The notes under the pieces are model-generated. The model did no database searches, was not told the origin of the DNA, and saw nothing but the letters and a program-made list of their open reading frames with translations. A stretch of 64,000 nucleotides of DNA from Antedon mediterranea (Eukaryota > Animalia > Echinodermata): contig NC_092670.1 of NCBI RefSeq assembly GCF_964355755.1, forward strand, positions 2,470,201 to 2,534,200. Reading direction: 5' to 3'. The translations under genes were made by a program, and so were the position numbers. Of this stretch, positions 12,369-25,000 are shown piece by piece (the stretch's first letter is position 1; each line of letters opens with the position of its first letter).

Positions 12369-15300
12369 AATATACCTTGAGAGTTTCTGGTTTAAACTAT
12401 GAGCAGACTTACCTCCAAAGAAGTACTATTCACTAATATACCTTGAGAGTTTCTGGTTTAAACTATGAGCAGACTTGCCTCCAAAGAAGTACTATTCACT
12501 AATATACCTTGAGAGTTTCTGGTTTAAACTATGAGCAGACTTGCCTCCAAAGAAGTACTATTCACTAATATACCTTGAGAGTTTCTGGTTTAAACTATGA
12601 GCAGACTTGCCTCCAAAGAAGTACTATTCACTAATATACCTTGAGAGTTTCTGGTTTAAACTATGAGCAGACTTGCCTCCAAAGAAGTACTAGTTACTAA
12701 TATACCTTGAGAGTTTCTGGTTTAAACTATGGGCAGACTTACCTCCAAAGAAGTACTATTCACTAATATACCTTGAGAGTTTCTGGTTTAAACTATTGGC
12801 AGACTTACCTCCAAAGAAGTACTAGTTACTAATATACCTTGAGAGTTTCTGGTTTAAACTATGAGCAGACTTGCCTCCAAAGAAGTACTAGTTACTAATA
12901 TACCTTGAGAGTTTCTGGTTTAAACTATGGACAGACTTGCCTCCAAAGAAGTACTAGTTACTAATATACCTTGAGAGTTTCTGGTTTAAACTATGAGCAG
13001 ACTTGCCTCCAAAGAAGTACTAGTTACTAATATACCTTGAGAGTTTCTGGTTTAAACTATGAGCAGACTTGCCTCCAAAGAAGTACTAGTTACTAATATA
13101 CCTTGAGAGTTTCTGGTTTAAACTATGGACAGACTTACCTCCAAAGAAGTACTAGTTACTAATATACCTTGAGAGTTTCTGGTTTAAACTATGAGCAGAC
13201 TTGCCTCCAAAGAAGTACTAGTTACTAATATACCTTGAGAGTTTCTGGTTTAAACTATGGACAGACTTACCTCCAAAGAAGTACTAGTTACTAATATACC
13301 TTGAGAGTTTCTGGTTTAAACTATTGGCAGACTTACCTCCAAAGAAGTACTAGTTACTAATATACCTTGAGAGTTTCTGGTTTAAACTATGAGCAGACTT
13401 GCCTCCAAAGAAGTACTAGTTACTAATATACCTTGAGAGTTTCTGGTTTAAACTATGGACAGACTTGCCTCCAAAGAAGTACTAGTTACTAATATACCTT
13501 GAGAGTTTCTGGTTTAAACTATGAGCAGACTTGCCTCCAAAGAAGTACTATTCACTAATATACCTTGAGAGTTTCTGGTTTAAACTATGAGCAGACTTGC
13601 CTCCAAAGAAGTACTATTCACTAATATACCTTGAGAGTTTCTGGTTTAAACTATGAGCAGACTTACCTCCAAAGAAGTACTAGTCACTAATATACCTTGA
13701 GAGTTTCTGGTTTAAACTATGAGCAGACTTGCCTCCAAAGAAGTACTATTCACTAATATACCTTGAGAGTTTCTGGTTTAAACCATGAGCAGACTTACCT
13801 CCAAAGAAGTACTAGTTACTAATATACCTTGAGAGTTTCTGGTTTAAACCATGAGCAGACTTACCTCCAAAGAAGTACTAGTTACTAATATACCTTGAGA
13901 GTTTCTGGTTTAAACTATGAGCAGACTTACCTCCAAAGAAGTACTAGTCACTAATATACCTTGAGAGTTTCTGGTTTAAACCATGAGCAGACTTACCTCC
14001 AAAGAAGTACTAGTCACTAATATACCTTGAGAGTTTCTGGTTTAAACTATGGACAGACTTGCCTCCAAAGAAGTACTATTCACTAATATACCTTGAGAGT
14101 TTCTGGTTTAAACTATGAGCAGACTTGCCTCCAAAGAAGTACTAGTTACTAATATACCTTGAGAGTTTCTGGTTTAAACTATGAGCAGACTTGCCTCCAA
14201 AGAAGTACTATTCACTAATATACCTTGAGAGTTTCTGGTTTAAACTATGGACAGACTTGCCTCCAAAGAAGTACTATTCACTAATATACCTTGAGAGTTT
14301 CTGGTTTAAACTATGAGCAGACTTGCCTCCAAAGAAGTACTATTCACTAATATACCTTGAGAGTTTCTGGTTTAAACTATGGGCAGACTTGCCTCCAAAG
14401 AAGTACTATTCACTAATATACCTTGAGAGTTTCTGGTTTAAACTATGAGCAGACTTGCTCCAAAGAAGTACTATTCACTAATATACCTTGAGAGTTTCTG
14501 GTTTAAACTATGAGCAGACTTGCCTCCAAAGAAGTACTATTCACTAATATACCTTGAGAGTTTCTGGTTTAAACTATGGGCAGACTTGCCTACAAAGAAG
14601 TACTATTCACTAATATACCTTGAGAGTTTCTGGTTTAAACTATGAGCAGACTTGCCTCCAAAGAAGTACTATTCACAAATATACCTTGAGAGTTTCTGGT
14701 TTAAACTATGAGCAGACTTGCCTCCAAAGAAGTACTATTCACAAATATACCTTGAGAGTTTCTGGTTTAAACTATGGGCAGACTTGCCTACAAAGAAGTA
14801 CTATTCACTAATATACCTTGAGAGTTTCTGGTTTAAACTTTGAGCAGACTTGCCTACAAAGAAGTACTATTCACTAATATACCTTGAGAGTTTCTGGTTT
14901 AAACTATGAGCAGACTTGCCTCCAAAGAAGTACTATTCACAAATATACCTTGAGAGTTTCTGGTTTAAACTATGAGCAGACTTGCCTACAAAGAAGTACT
15001 ATTCACTAATATACCTTGAGAGTTTCTGGTTTAAACTATGAGCAGACTTGCCTACAAAGAAGTACTATTCACTAATATACCTTGAGAGTTTCTGGTTTAA
15101 ACTATGAGCAGACTTGCCTCCAAAGAAGTACTATTCACAAATATACCTTGAGAGTTTCTGGTTTAAACTATGAGCAGACTTGCCTCCAAAGAAGTACTAT
15201 TCACAAATATACCTTGAGAGTTTCTGGTTTAAACTATGAGCAGACTTGCCTCCAAAGAAGTACTATTCACTAATATACCTTGAGAGTTTCTGGTTTAAAC

Positions 15301-16652
15301 TATGAGCAGACTTGCCTCCAAAGAAGTACTATTCACTAATATACCTTGAGAGTTTCTGGTTTAAACTATGGGCAGACTTGCCTCCAAAGAAGTACTATTC
15401 ACTAATATACCTTGAGAGTTTCTGGTTTAAACTATGGGCAGACTTGCCTCCAAAGAAGTACTATTCACTAATATACCTTGAGAGTTTCTGGTTTAAACTA
15501 TGAGCAGACTTGCCTCCAAAGAAGTACTATTCACTAATATACCTTGAGAGTTTCTGGTTTAAACTATGGGCAGACTTGCCTCCAAAGAAGTACTATTCAC
15601 TATTATACCTTGAGAGTTTCTGGTTTAAACTATGAGCAGACTTGCCTCCAAAGAAGTACTATTCACTAATATACCTTGAGAGTTTCTGGTTTAAACTATG
15701 AGAAGACTTGCCTCCAAAGAAGTACTATTTAAACTATGGGCAGACTTGCCTCTAAAGAAATACTATTTAAACTATGAGCAGACTTGCCTCTAAAGAAATA
15801 CTATTTAAACTATGAGCAAACTTGCCTCTAAAGAAGTACTATTTAAACTATGAGCAGACTTGCCTCCAAAGAAGTACTATTTAAACTATGAGCAGACTTG
15901 CCTCCAAAGAAGTACTATTCACTAATATACCTTGAGAGTTTCTGGTTTAAACTATGAGCAGACTTGCCTCCAAAGAAGTAGTAGTCACTAATATACCTTG
16001 AGAGTTTCTGGTTTAAACTATGAGAAGACTTGCCTCCAAAAAAGTACAAGTTACTAATATACCTTGAGAGTTTCTGGTTTAAACTATGAGAAGACTTGCC
16101 TCCAAAAAAGTACAAGTTACTAATATACCTTGAGAGTTTCTGGTTTAAACTATGGGCAGACTTGCCTCCAGAGAAATACAAGTTACTAATATACGTTGAG
16201 AGTTTCTGGTTTAAACTATGAGCAGACTTGCCTCCAAAAAAGTACAAGTTACTAATATACCTTGAGAGTTTCTGGTTTAAACTATGGGCAGACTTGCCTC
16301 CAGAGAAATACAAGTTACTAATATACCTTGAGAGTTTCTGGTTTAAACTATGGGCAGACTTGCCTCCAGAGAAATACAAGTTACTAATATACCTTGAGAG
16401 TTTCTGGTTTAAACTATGGACAGACTTGCCTCCAGAGAAATACAAGTTACTAATATACCTTGAGAGTTTCTGGTTTAAACTATGGACAGACTTGCCTCCA
16501 GAGAAATACAAGTTACTAATATACCTTGAGAGTTTCTGGTTTAAACTATGGACAGACTTGCCTCCAGAGAAATACAAGTTACTAATATACCTTGAGAGTT
16601 TCTGGTTTAAACTATGAGCAGACTTGCCTCCAAAGAAGTACTATTCACTAAT
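12369..16652. repeat. 66-bp minisatellite, about 65 units, with a 38-bp deleted sub-array at about 15728-15915
   Basis: Unit AATATACCTTGAGAGTTTCTGGTTTAAACTATGAGCAGACTTGCCTCCAAAGAAGTACTATTCACT repeats head-to-tail. Confidence 0.97.
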
Positions 16653-17009
16653 ACTATTACTATTAATATTCCCATACCAATGGTTGAACCAATTCTCCAA
16701 AATAATACCTCCCCCGCCCTATGGTGGGGCATTAATGTTCAACTGGCTCTCTTTATAAACAAAAACCCAAGTTAACTTCCCTTGCAAATAATTACTTTAT
16801 ACAAATAAGATAATTCAATACTGAAGTTGACAGCATATTCACAAAACCACTAAAATTATCCTATTCCAATGGTTGAGCAGATTTAGCTCCTATTATGGAA
16901 TATCTCATGTGAATGGTTGATCTAAATCCTCAGAGTGCTATGCCTACTATTATTATTATTGTAAATTAAGAAAGCCTAACATAAGTTATTTATGCCTTGC
17001 AGAAGGATT

Positions 17010-17762
17010 AGAACACGATAAGATCTAACTTGGGTGACTGAGGTGGGACCCCTACATTTAACACATTCAGACTAGGTGGGTACTAGAACATAAGATAAGA
17101 TCTAACTTGGGTCACTGAGGTTGGACCCCTACATTTAACACATTCAGACTAGGTGGGTACTAGAACATAAGATAAGATCTAACTTGGGTCACTGAGGTTG
17201 GACCCCTACAATTAACACATTCAGACTAGGTGGGTAATAGAACATAAGATAAGATCTAACTTGGGTCATTGAGGTGGGACCCCTACAATTAACACATTCA
17301 GACTAGGTGGGTACTAGAACATAAGATAAGATCTAACTTGGGTCACTGAGGTGGGACCCCTACATTTAACACATTCAGACTAGGTGGGTACTAGAATATA
17401 AGATAAGATCTAACTTGGGTCATTGAGGTGGGACCCCTACAATTAACACATTCAGACTAGGTGGGTACTAGAACATAAGATAAGATCTAACTTGGGTCAC
17501 TGAGGTGGGACCCCTACATTTAACACATTCAGACTAGGTGGGTACTAGAACATAAGATAAGATCTAACTTGGGTCATTGAGGTGGGACCCCTACATTTAA
17601 CACATTCAGACTAGGTGGGTACTAGAACATAAGATAAGATCTAACTTGGGTCACTGAGGTGGGACCCCTACATTTAACACATTCAGACTAGGTGGGTACT
17701 AGAACATAAGATAAGATCTAACTTGGGTCACTGAGGTCAAACTCCTACATTTAACATATTCA
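17010..17762. repeat. 77-bp minisatellite, about 10 units
   Basis: Unit AGATAAGATCTAACTTGGGTCACTGAGGTGGGACCCCTACATTTAACACATTCAGACTAGGTGGGTACTAGAACATA (for example at 17401 and 17478). Confidence 0.95.
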
Positions 17763-17862
17763 GGCATAGTGGTATTAGTAACCTACGAACCCTAACACAC
17801 AAGCCCAACAGAGTAAAGTCCTATTTCTATCCTAGTGTAGCATTAGGATAACGTATCTCAAC

Positions 17863-18300
17863 GTATCGGTTTCTATTCTAGTTAGTCTTTTTCTAGCCTA
17901 GAATAACGATTTGAAACGTATCTCTTAATTTCAATTTTAGGGAACACCCTAAAATATCGGTTTTCAACGAATCACTGATAGCAAAGCCTGTACTAATTCA
18001 CGTATTTCACTAGCGTGATAACAGAGTACGACACAATAGCTTTGTTATCTTTGTTTCTTAGTAGTTCCACTGGGGAATTCTAGAAATGTATCAGTTTCTA
18101 TTCTAGTTAGTCTTTTTCTAGCCTAGAATAACGACTTGAAACGTATCTCTTAATTTCTATTTTAGGGAACACCCTAAAATATCGATTTTCAACGAATCGT
18201 TGATAGCAAAGCCTGTACTAATTCACGTATTTCACTAGCGTGATAACAGAGTACGACACTTAGTTTGTTTTTTTTTAGTAGTTCAATTCAGGAATTCCAG
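17863..18300. repeat. About 225-bp tandem duplication just downstream of the stop codon of the large gene
   Basis: GTATC(G/A)GTTTCTATTCTAGTTAGTCTTTTTCTAGCCTAGAATAACG occurs at 17863 and 18088, with continued identity. Confidence 0.9.
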
Positions 18301-18512
18301 GAATTCTTCAATTTGTTTAAATTAATTAAACACACAACAGTGTTACGAAAAGAAGTAATGATGATTTTAGGTTTTAGGTATGTTGAACAACCTATACCAT
18401 TATCCGAGAGGGTGGTGATATGGATGTTAAAGTTCTGTTTGTAATGTTTTCCTCTGTTCGGAGAGAGAGATTATTGTTTGTGTTTTGTGTAGTCATTGAG
18501 GGAATGGAAATA

Positions 18513-19075
18513 TCAATTATCTAAACTTGTCAATGCATTAACTTCATTAATCATTTCATATTCCCTAAGTTTCTCAATGAATTCATTCATCTTCTCTCCT
18601 TCTGTGAGATACCCTTCCATTTCTAATCTTAGAATTAAAGAATACGGATCAGTTACTTCACTAATGCCATAAAATCGTCCAATGGTTTTCATGTTTTTAA
18701 AGCTTACCTTTTTACAAAATTTTAACAATTTTATACGATGATCTGAAAAGGTTTCAATTTGAACATCTTCAAATTTTGGTACATGCCATTTTGGCTTTAT
18801 CACTTCTTCAACACCACCCATCCCACACAATTTAATCAATTGGATTAGAACACGTATGTCAGTACATTTGATAACTCCAGGAAGGATAAGCAAGCTAATT
18901 AGTTCATGTGTATTTTCCGCCCCCTGGATATCGAAAAGTGTCATTTCACAATTCGGCCTATTCATGAAGTCGCTAATCACCATTTTCATCTTGTTTAAAC
19001 ATTTTCCTCGGCCATGTGTGTCACACCAATTAGATACCCCTGTTATCAATTCGTTGAAGTCCGGGCGTGACAATT
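18513..19075 (-). CDS. Terminal exon: C-terminal tandem DED-like pair
   Basis: FNELITGVS...MKMVISD...ELISLL...GVIKCTDIRVLIQLIKLCG, then SDHRIKLLKFCKKVS..NMK...YSLILRLEMEGYL. Acceptor TTTTAG ends at 19076. Confidence 0.65.
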
Positions 19076-22000
19076 CTAAAACAAAGATAGTAGACGAGTT
19101 TATAAATTTTAAATGACGTATTTCTCGTAGTGTGAATGGTGAATTTGACCATTAACTCCAGATTCATATCATTTCATAGGATAGGCCCAGCTGATGTACA
19201 CATTTAATTTTGTAAAAAGTGTCGTCGACAATATATATATTTCCAATACATTTACTGTAATTCAACCAATGTAATTGAGGTATTGGGCAGAGTCAGAGTC
19301 AAAACCTATACAGAGATAAATTAATTGCCTTTTGGAATTAGTTTGAACACTGATATGAGGGTATGTTCAAATCCATGGAGTTATGCTTTCATATCACAAG
19401 CAAGGTTATATTATAATTATCCTCTGAAGTGTCAAGTTTCCGGTATGCAAGAGTAAATTTTATTTCAAAATCATTGGTGCATGACTTTCATATCGTAAGT
19501 GTTGTACACTAATCTTGTACCTCAAGCTGTAGTAACAAACAAAAGGTCATTATTGTATCAGGTGGCTTCTACCAATCTTTTACTGGTTCAGACTGCATGG
19601 AATCCTATGTCGTGTATAATACGAACACAACCCTGTAGGTCTAAATATGCCCTGAATGCTTCTTCAAACAATGCACAGTAATTAATGTCAAAGAAAACAA
19701 TTTAAAGGAGGGACAAACTGGTTTGAAAACATGAACAATGCGCAAATTAAAATTGTAATGTCTCAATTTACAAATTGTGACAATTGCCACCACTCAAATG
19801 TTACATTTGAAAAAAATGCATTGAAAATTGTCAACAAGTGTGTTCATTCAAGCCAAATTGAATTTATATTAGGAAATTGTAACATTTGTAATTTTAAATA
19901 CCTGTTAGTTTTATTTGTTTTTCTTTAGGTCTTTCCTCCACAACATTCTTCTGAAACTTATCAGCAAGATCTTTTTGTCCATGTTCTCTTAGAGCCTCAC
20001 ACAATACATCAAGTTGATTCAGTTTACTACTAATGTTCCTCCAAAATTTCAGAATTTCTTCTGGAGATTTCATAGTTGTAACTTCAGACAATTCCAAGCC
20101 CAAAAGAACACCTAACTGTTCACAGTTAACAGTTTCTTCAGATACTTTCCAAATAATTGAATCATCCACATAACCTTATAAAATAGCAAAAATTAAGATA
20201 AATTCATCCAACAGTAAATGAATTGATTAAGTTTTCAAATATATGATCCTTCAATTTAGAATGTCATAATAAAATCTACAAAATCATTACCTTGGAGATG
20301 AGACTGTGGCGGTATAGCTGTAAAAATAGATATGTATTTATCAACAAAATGTTCACAAAGTATTATTTGTTTGAAGATTGTTATTAGTTATTACAAGTTC
20401 TACAGTATGTTATACATATATTATTAAAAATGTACCCAAACTGTTTATTCTTAAAATTTACTTACATTCAACATCAGTCTGTGAAGTAGCTATAAAAAAG
20501 AAATAAATATTAATTTATCAATAAATGTAATTTCATCTTATATGGTATTACCATAGCGAAACGTATTGTTGCATTAATGTGCATATGGCTGAAAAAATAT
20601 TGTACCGTCCATTTCCCAATTTTTAATTAAATGCTTTTTATTTTAATATTAAGAACAGTAAAATATTTGACAAAGCAATAAATCTGGTTACTTACATCTT
20701 GGTATTACTTTATTTCCAAATAATTTACGGTAAAGTTTCACTTTCATTTGATTGCTTCCACAAGGTAACACATCTTTGTCAAACTCGCGAATAACATGCA
20801 TGTGAGCATTTTGAATGTTTGGACTACATGCACAAGGGATGTACATCCTTACTTCAAGACCTCGTGCTCCAGTCTGACTGAACACTTTTAATTCTGTTTG
20901 AAGGAAACGAAGCACCTAAAAAATGGCATTTTACAAAATGTTTAAAATACTGGAAAATATAAAATCAATATTCTCAATCAATATTACTATGAAAATTGAA
21001 TCCTAAACAAATGTTGAATAAATGCAAATTATTTTAACAATGGTGGCCTTTTATTATAGGATAAAAAGTACTTATTATATTAAAACACTTTATTTATATT
21101 ATTTTTATGAATAGTTTTAAAGTAATATTCCTAATGAAATCTTTCATAGATTGTTCACTCATAAATATTTAGAACTAAAATTAATGTATTCTGTATATCT
21201 CTTTTGTTTGTTACCACTATTTACTATTACCTTCTTACAGACTTTAGGCTGTGGTTTCTCATCTTTTGTACGCTGCCGTTTTTTTTGCTTATCAGTATTG
21301 AAGCTCTTTGTTCTGACTATTGTTGTCTACAATATCAAAATGATAAAAATTGTTAGTGGTAGTTTTTTAAAATTTATTATTTCAATTTTATGTGGTGGAA
21401 ACAATTATAAATCTCACTCATTTTAATATTGTACAATATATACACTTTAAAATTCTTGAGCTTTTCCAACTTGTATCAATTATTGATATAAAGTTTGCGA
21501 TACACCACGTATATTAGTTTCTATTGAGTTTCTCAAAGTTTCGATCAATATGCTTTGAACGTCCTCAGGAGTCACAATGCAGGAAGTCCAGGAAAGTGGG
21601 AATATAAGTGAAATAGGTTGGGGCTGGTGTGAAAGCTACACATTTACCTGTAACATACGACAATGCTTAATGGTAGCCACATATAAAATGACTTGATGAT
21701 TGGCATCAATGTTCAATTCTACATGCTCATAGGATAGGTGCCCAATTCCATAGTCTTCCATTTGAAATTTCTCAATGAACTTTGTTGCAGCACGTTGGAA
21801 AAGATCGTCTGGAAGATAGCTACCAAAATCATGAAATAGAGAAATTGCACGCTTTTCTTCAAATTTAGGTGGTTGTGAGGCATGTGGTTTCAAACGTGAA
21901 AGAACGTAGAACATTTTTTCATTATTCTGTGTAAACAAAAAATTATTTAAAAACTAGTAGATCTGTAGGCTATATATAGGCTAGAAAATTAAAATATTAA

Positions 22001-25000
22001 TATGACATTAGTATCAATACCTTTGTATTTTTTTGTTCACACACTAATCCAAACTTTTGCATGAGAGACACAAAGAATGTTAATGTCTCATCAGAATCAC
22101 AGATCTTCTCCCACAGATGTTTTAGCAATCCACCTTTTAAAATGCCTTTTTCCAGCATCCTCCAAGCTGGTCTCATAGCTGGTACCTATTATTTTACAAA
22201 AATAGAATATAATTAAAATTTTAATTTATTAATTCAGAGTAACATTGGTAGGCCTATAATTGATTTTTTTTTCTGTTCTAATATATAAACATCTCATGAC
22301 CTGTAGGCTATGTTTTGTTTGTCTTTATTGCAGTTCACAATATTTATGGTAAGCAGAATGACAAAGTGGATTTGTAGACTCATGTCTGCCAAAGCTACTC
22401 AGGCCAAGTTGAAATAATGTATTGATCTTTGAGTTCATATGATTGTATGATGGGTACCTATATCTCAGAGAAGTTATTTCCAATCAAAATTTCAAACATT
22501 TATTAAACAAATTTAATTTTGAAGCATGTCATTATGTTGCTGCACGTCAGTATGCAAAACATTGTTTTGTATTGAAATATATTTATTGCTAACCATATCT
22601 TTATTGTCTATGACAGTGATGATTGTCTTAAACATGTCAACTAGTTGCATCAAATCTACAACTATTATATCTCTTAGTGCCTCATCATCTGGGTAATAGA
22701 GAATCACGCCGATGTCATGTAAATACTCAAGCAGAACTTTGTGACCTTCTGTTACTTTACAGACTTCTTTGAGTACTTCATCTTGAATCTGTTAAAAAAA
22801 TAGATTGATTAAAACCATATGACAATTCTAAAACAGATGACAAATTTCGTTTTTGTAAAAGCACAAGTTAACGGAGTACTTACTCGAACGTTTCGATCTC
22901 TATCAGAGATCCTTCTCAACTGACTGCGGAGTGTTAATGCAGCTTGGTCATTCTTGACGTCATCTGTTGATGACGTTGTACGCCTCCGGTTGTAGGTTGG
23001 AGGTTGTGCGGGGCTCGGCCAGGTGATGTGTCTATCAAATCATTGTACAAATGCGAGAGTTCGTGGGCTCCAGTGTCCCGGTTCATGGTCTTCTCTTTAT
23101 TTCTCCTTATATGTAATGATTCTCTAATCTGTCTGTCTTTGCGTTTAGGCTCTTTGGTTAAGATGGTAGCCTCCCAGTTCGGTACATGATTGTGTTTTAT
23201 GACATGTTCTTATAAACACGCTTGTGGACAGAGCTGAGAAGGTAGTGGGAGATATGGATTTGAGGAAAGTTGAGATGGATAACATCAAGAAAGCGTTACA
23301 CAACTGCCAGTATCCAGAGTGGTCCTTCCAGAGAGTTATGGAAAACCGAAAAAGGAAAAAGAACAAAGGACACGAACCACAGAAGGAAAAGATCAAGATG
23401 CGAGGTAGCATAGGAATCCCCTATGTAAAAGGAATGGCAGAAAGAATACGACGCACTCTCTCCTATCACAATGTCGGAACCTATTTCCTACCCCAAAATA
23501 AAATCAAGAATAGCCTCGTCCACCCAAAAGATAAAATCGAGAAGATGGATACATGTGGAGTAATCTACGAAGTCACCTGCCGCAACTGTCCACAAGTTTA
23601 TATTGGGGAAACAGGAAGGGCATTACAAACACGAATTAATGATCACAAAAAAGATGTTACAACAAACACGGGGGGAGTAATGACTAGGGCCTCCAGAACA
23701 TCCACATCTTCGATCATACACAAATCTGCCATTACAGAACATGTCATAAAACACAATCATGTACCGAACTGGGAGGCTACCATCTTAACCAAAGAGCCTA
23801 AACGCAAAGACAGACAGATTAGAGAATCATTACATATAAGGAGAAATAAAGAGAAGACCATGAACCGGGACACTGGAGCCCACGAACTCTCGCATTTGTA
23901 CAATGATTTGATAGACACATCACCTGGCCGAGCCCCGCACAACCTCCAACCTACAACCGGAGGCGTACAACGTCATCAACAGATGACGTCAAGAATGACC
24001 AAGCTGCATTAACACTCCGCAGTCAGTTGAGAAGGATCTCTGATAGAGATCGAAACGTTCGAGTAAGTACTCCGTTAACTTGTGCTTTTACAAAAACGAA
24101 ATTTGTCATCTATACAAAATCGAAGCTAAATGAAATTCTTTCAAGAATTCTAAAACAATTATAATAAAAAAACAGTTTATTTAATATACTATCAATTTTC
24201 AAATAGTCTTCTGGATTACAAAACCTGCTCTGAAAACATTGTGTACTAGTATATTTAGAATGTAATTCCTCTATTTTTTATATTTTCCCAACTTTAATGT
24301 AACAGTACATAGTTATAAATACATACTATAGAGATTTAACTTTATATATCAAGTACATCTACTGGTGAATATGGTAGTTGACTGAAAGCTTAATATATTT
24401 ATTTATTCTGTCTTTATACTGAACTAGATGGTACGCTCGCTTCGCTCGCGTACCATCTAGGTCGTGCCCACAGATGGTTCTCGAATACATAATAATTTCA
24501 GCGTTAAAAAACTGGCGATTTCAAATGTACGTACCGCAAGACCATAATACATGTCGTGTACAGGAACGAATAAATAGACACTGTGATTTATGTACTCAAC
24601 TAAAATCAGCACCCTATTACTTCCGAAAGAGAAACTTGTCACAAATAAGACCAATTGTTTAAGTCAAATTTAAACAAACTTAATTTGTGTTTTGTATGTA
24701 ACATTAGGGTTGAGGGATGGGGAAGAGGATGGGTGCAAAGAGGAACAATGTTAAAATATATTCTTTATCCATTTAGTAACGAAATATTAATTGCTTTCAT
24801 GTTTTACAAATAATATACCACTAAACACAGTAAAACATTGCGATGTAATACTTTGTTGAAACTATCACCGTCCTAGTCGATTGAAATAGTACAGCACATG
24901 TAACGATACATCACTACGACGTGTATATGTTTATAATATAATGTAAAACAATTTGTGAAAACCACCTCTATTCGGGGAAAATCATAAATTCGATTTAATC

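Larger units (their letters stand above)
22835..24145 (+). mobile_element. Penelope-like retroelement (5'-truncated) with inverted pseudo-LTR, in an intron
   Basis: 22835-23210 is the reverse complement of 23736-24111. There is a 34-nt 3' tail (24112-24145) and a flanking direct repeat AATTCTAAAAC(A) at 22824 and 24146. Confidence 0.92.

Noticed and set aside
14620-16617. Repetitive ORFs (22-aa period) on both strands
   Set aside because: They are by-products of a 66-bp unit, and stop codons come and go with single repeat variants.
12369-17762. CRISPR-like arrays
   Set aside because: Units are contiguous tandem repeats without unique spacers, there are no cas genes, and the context is eukaryotic.
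23004-23411. Short ORFs 23004-23189, 23145-23411 and 23757-23942
   Set aside because: They are antisense shadows of the Penelope ORF and its inverted copy.
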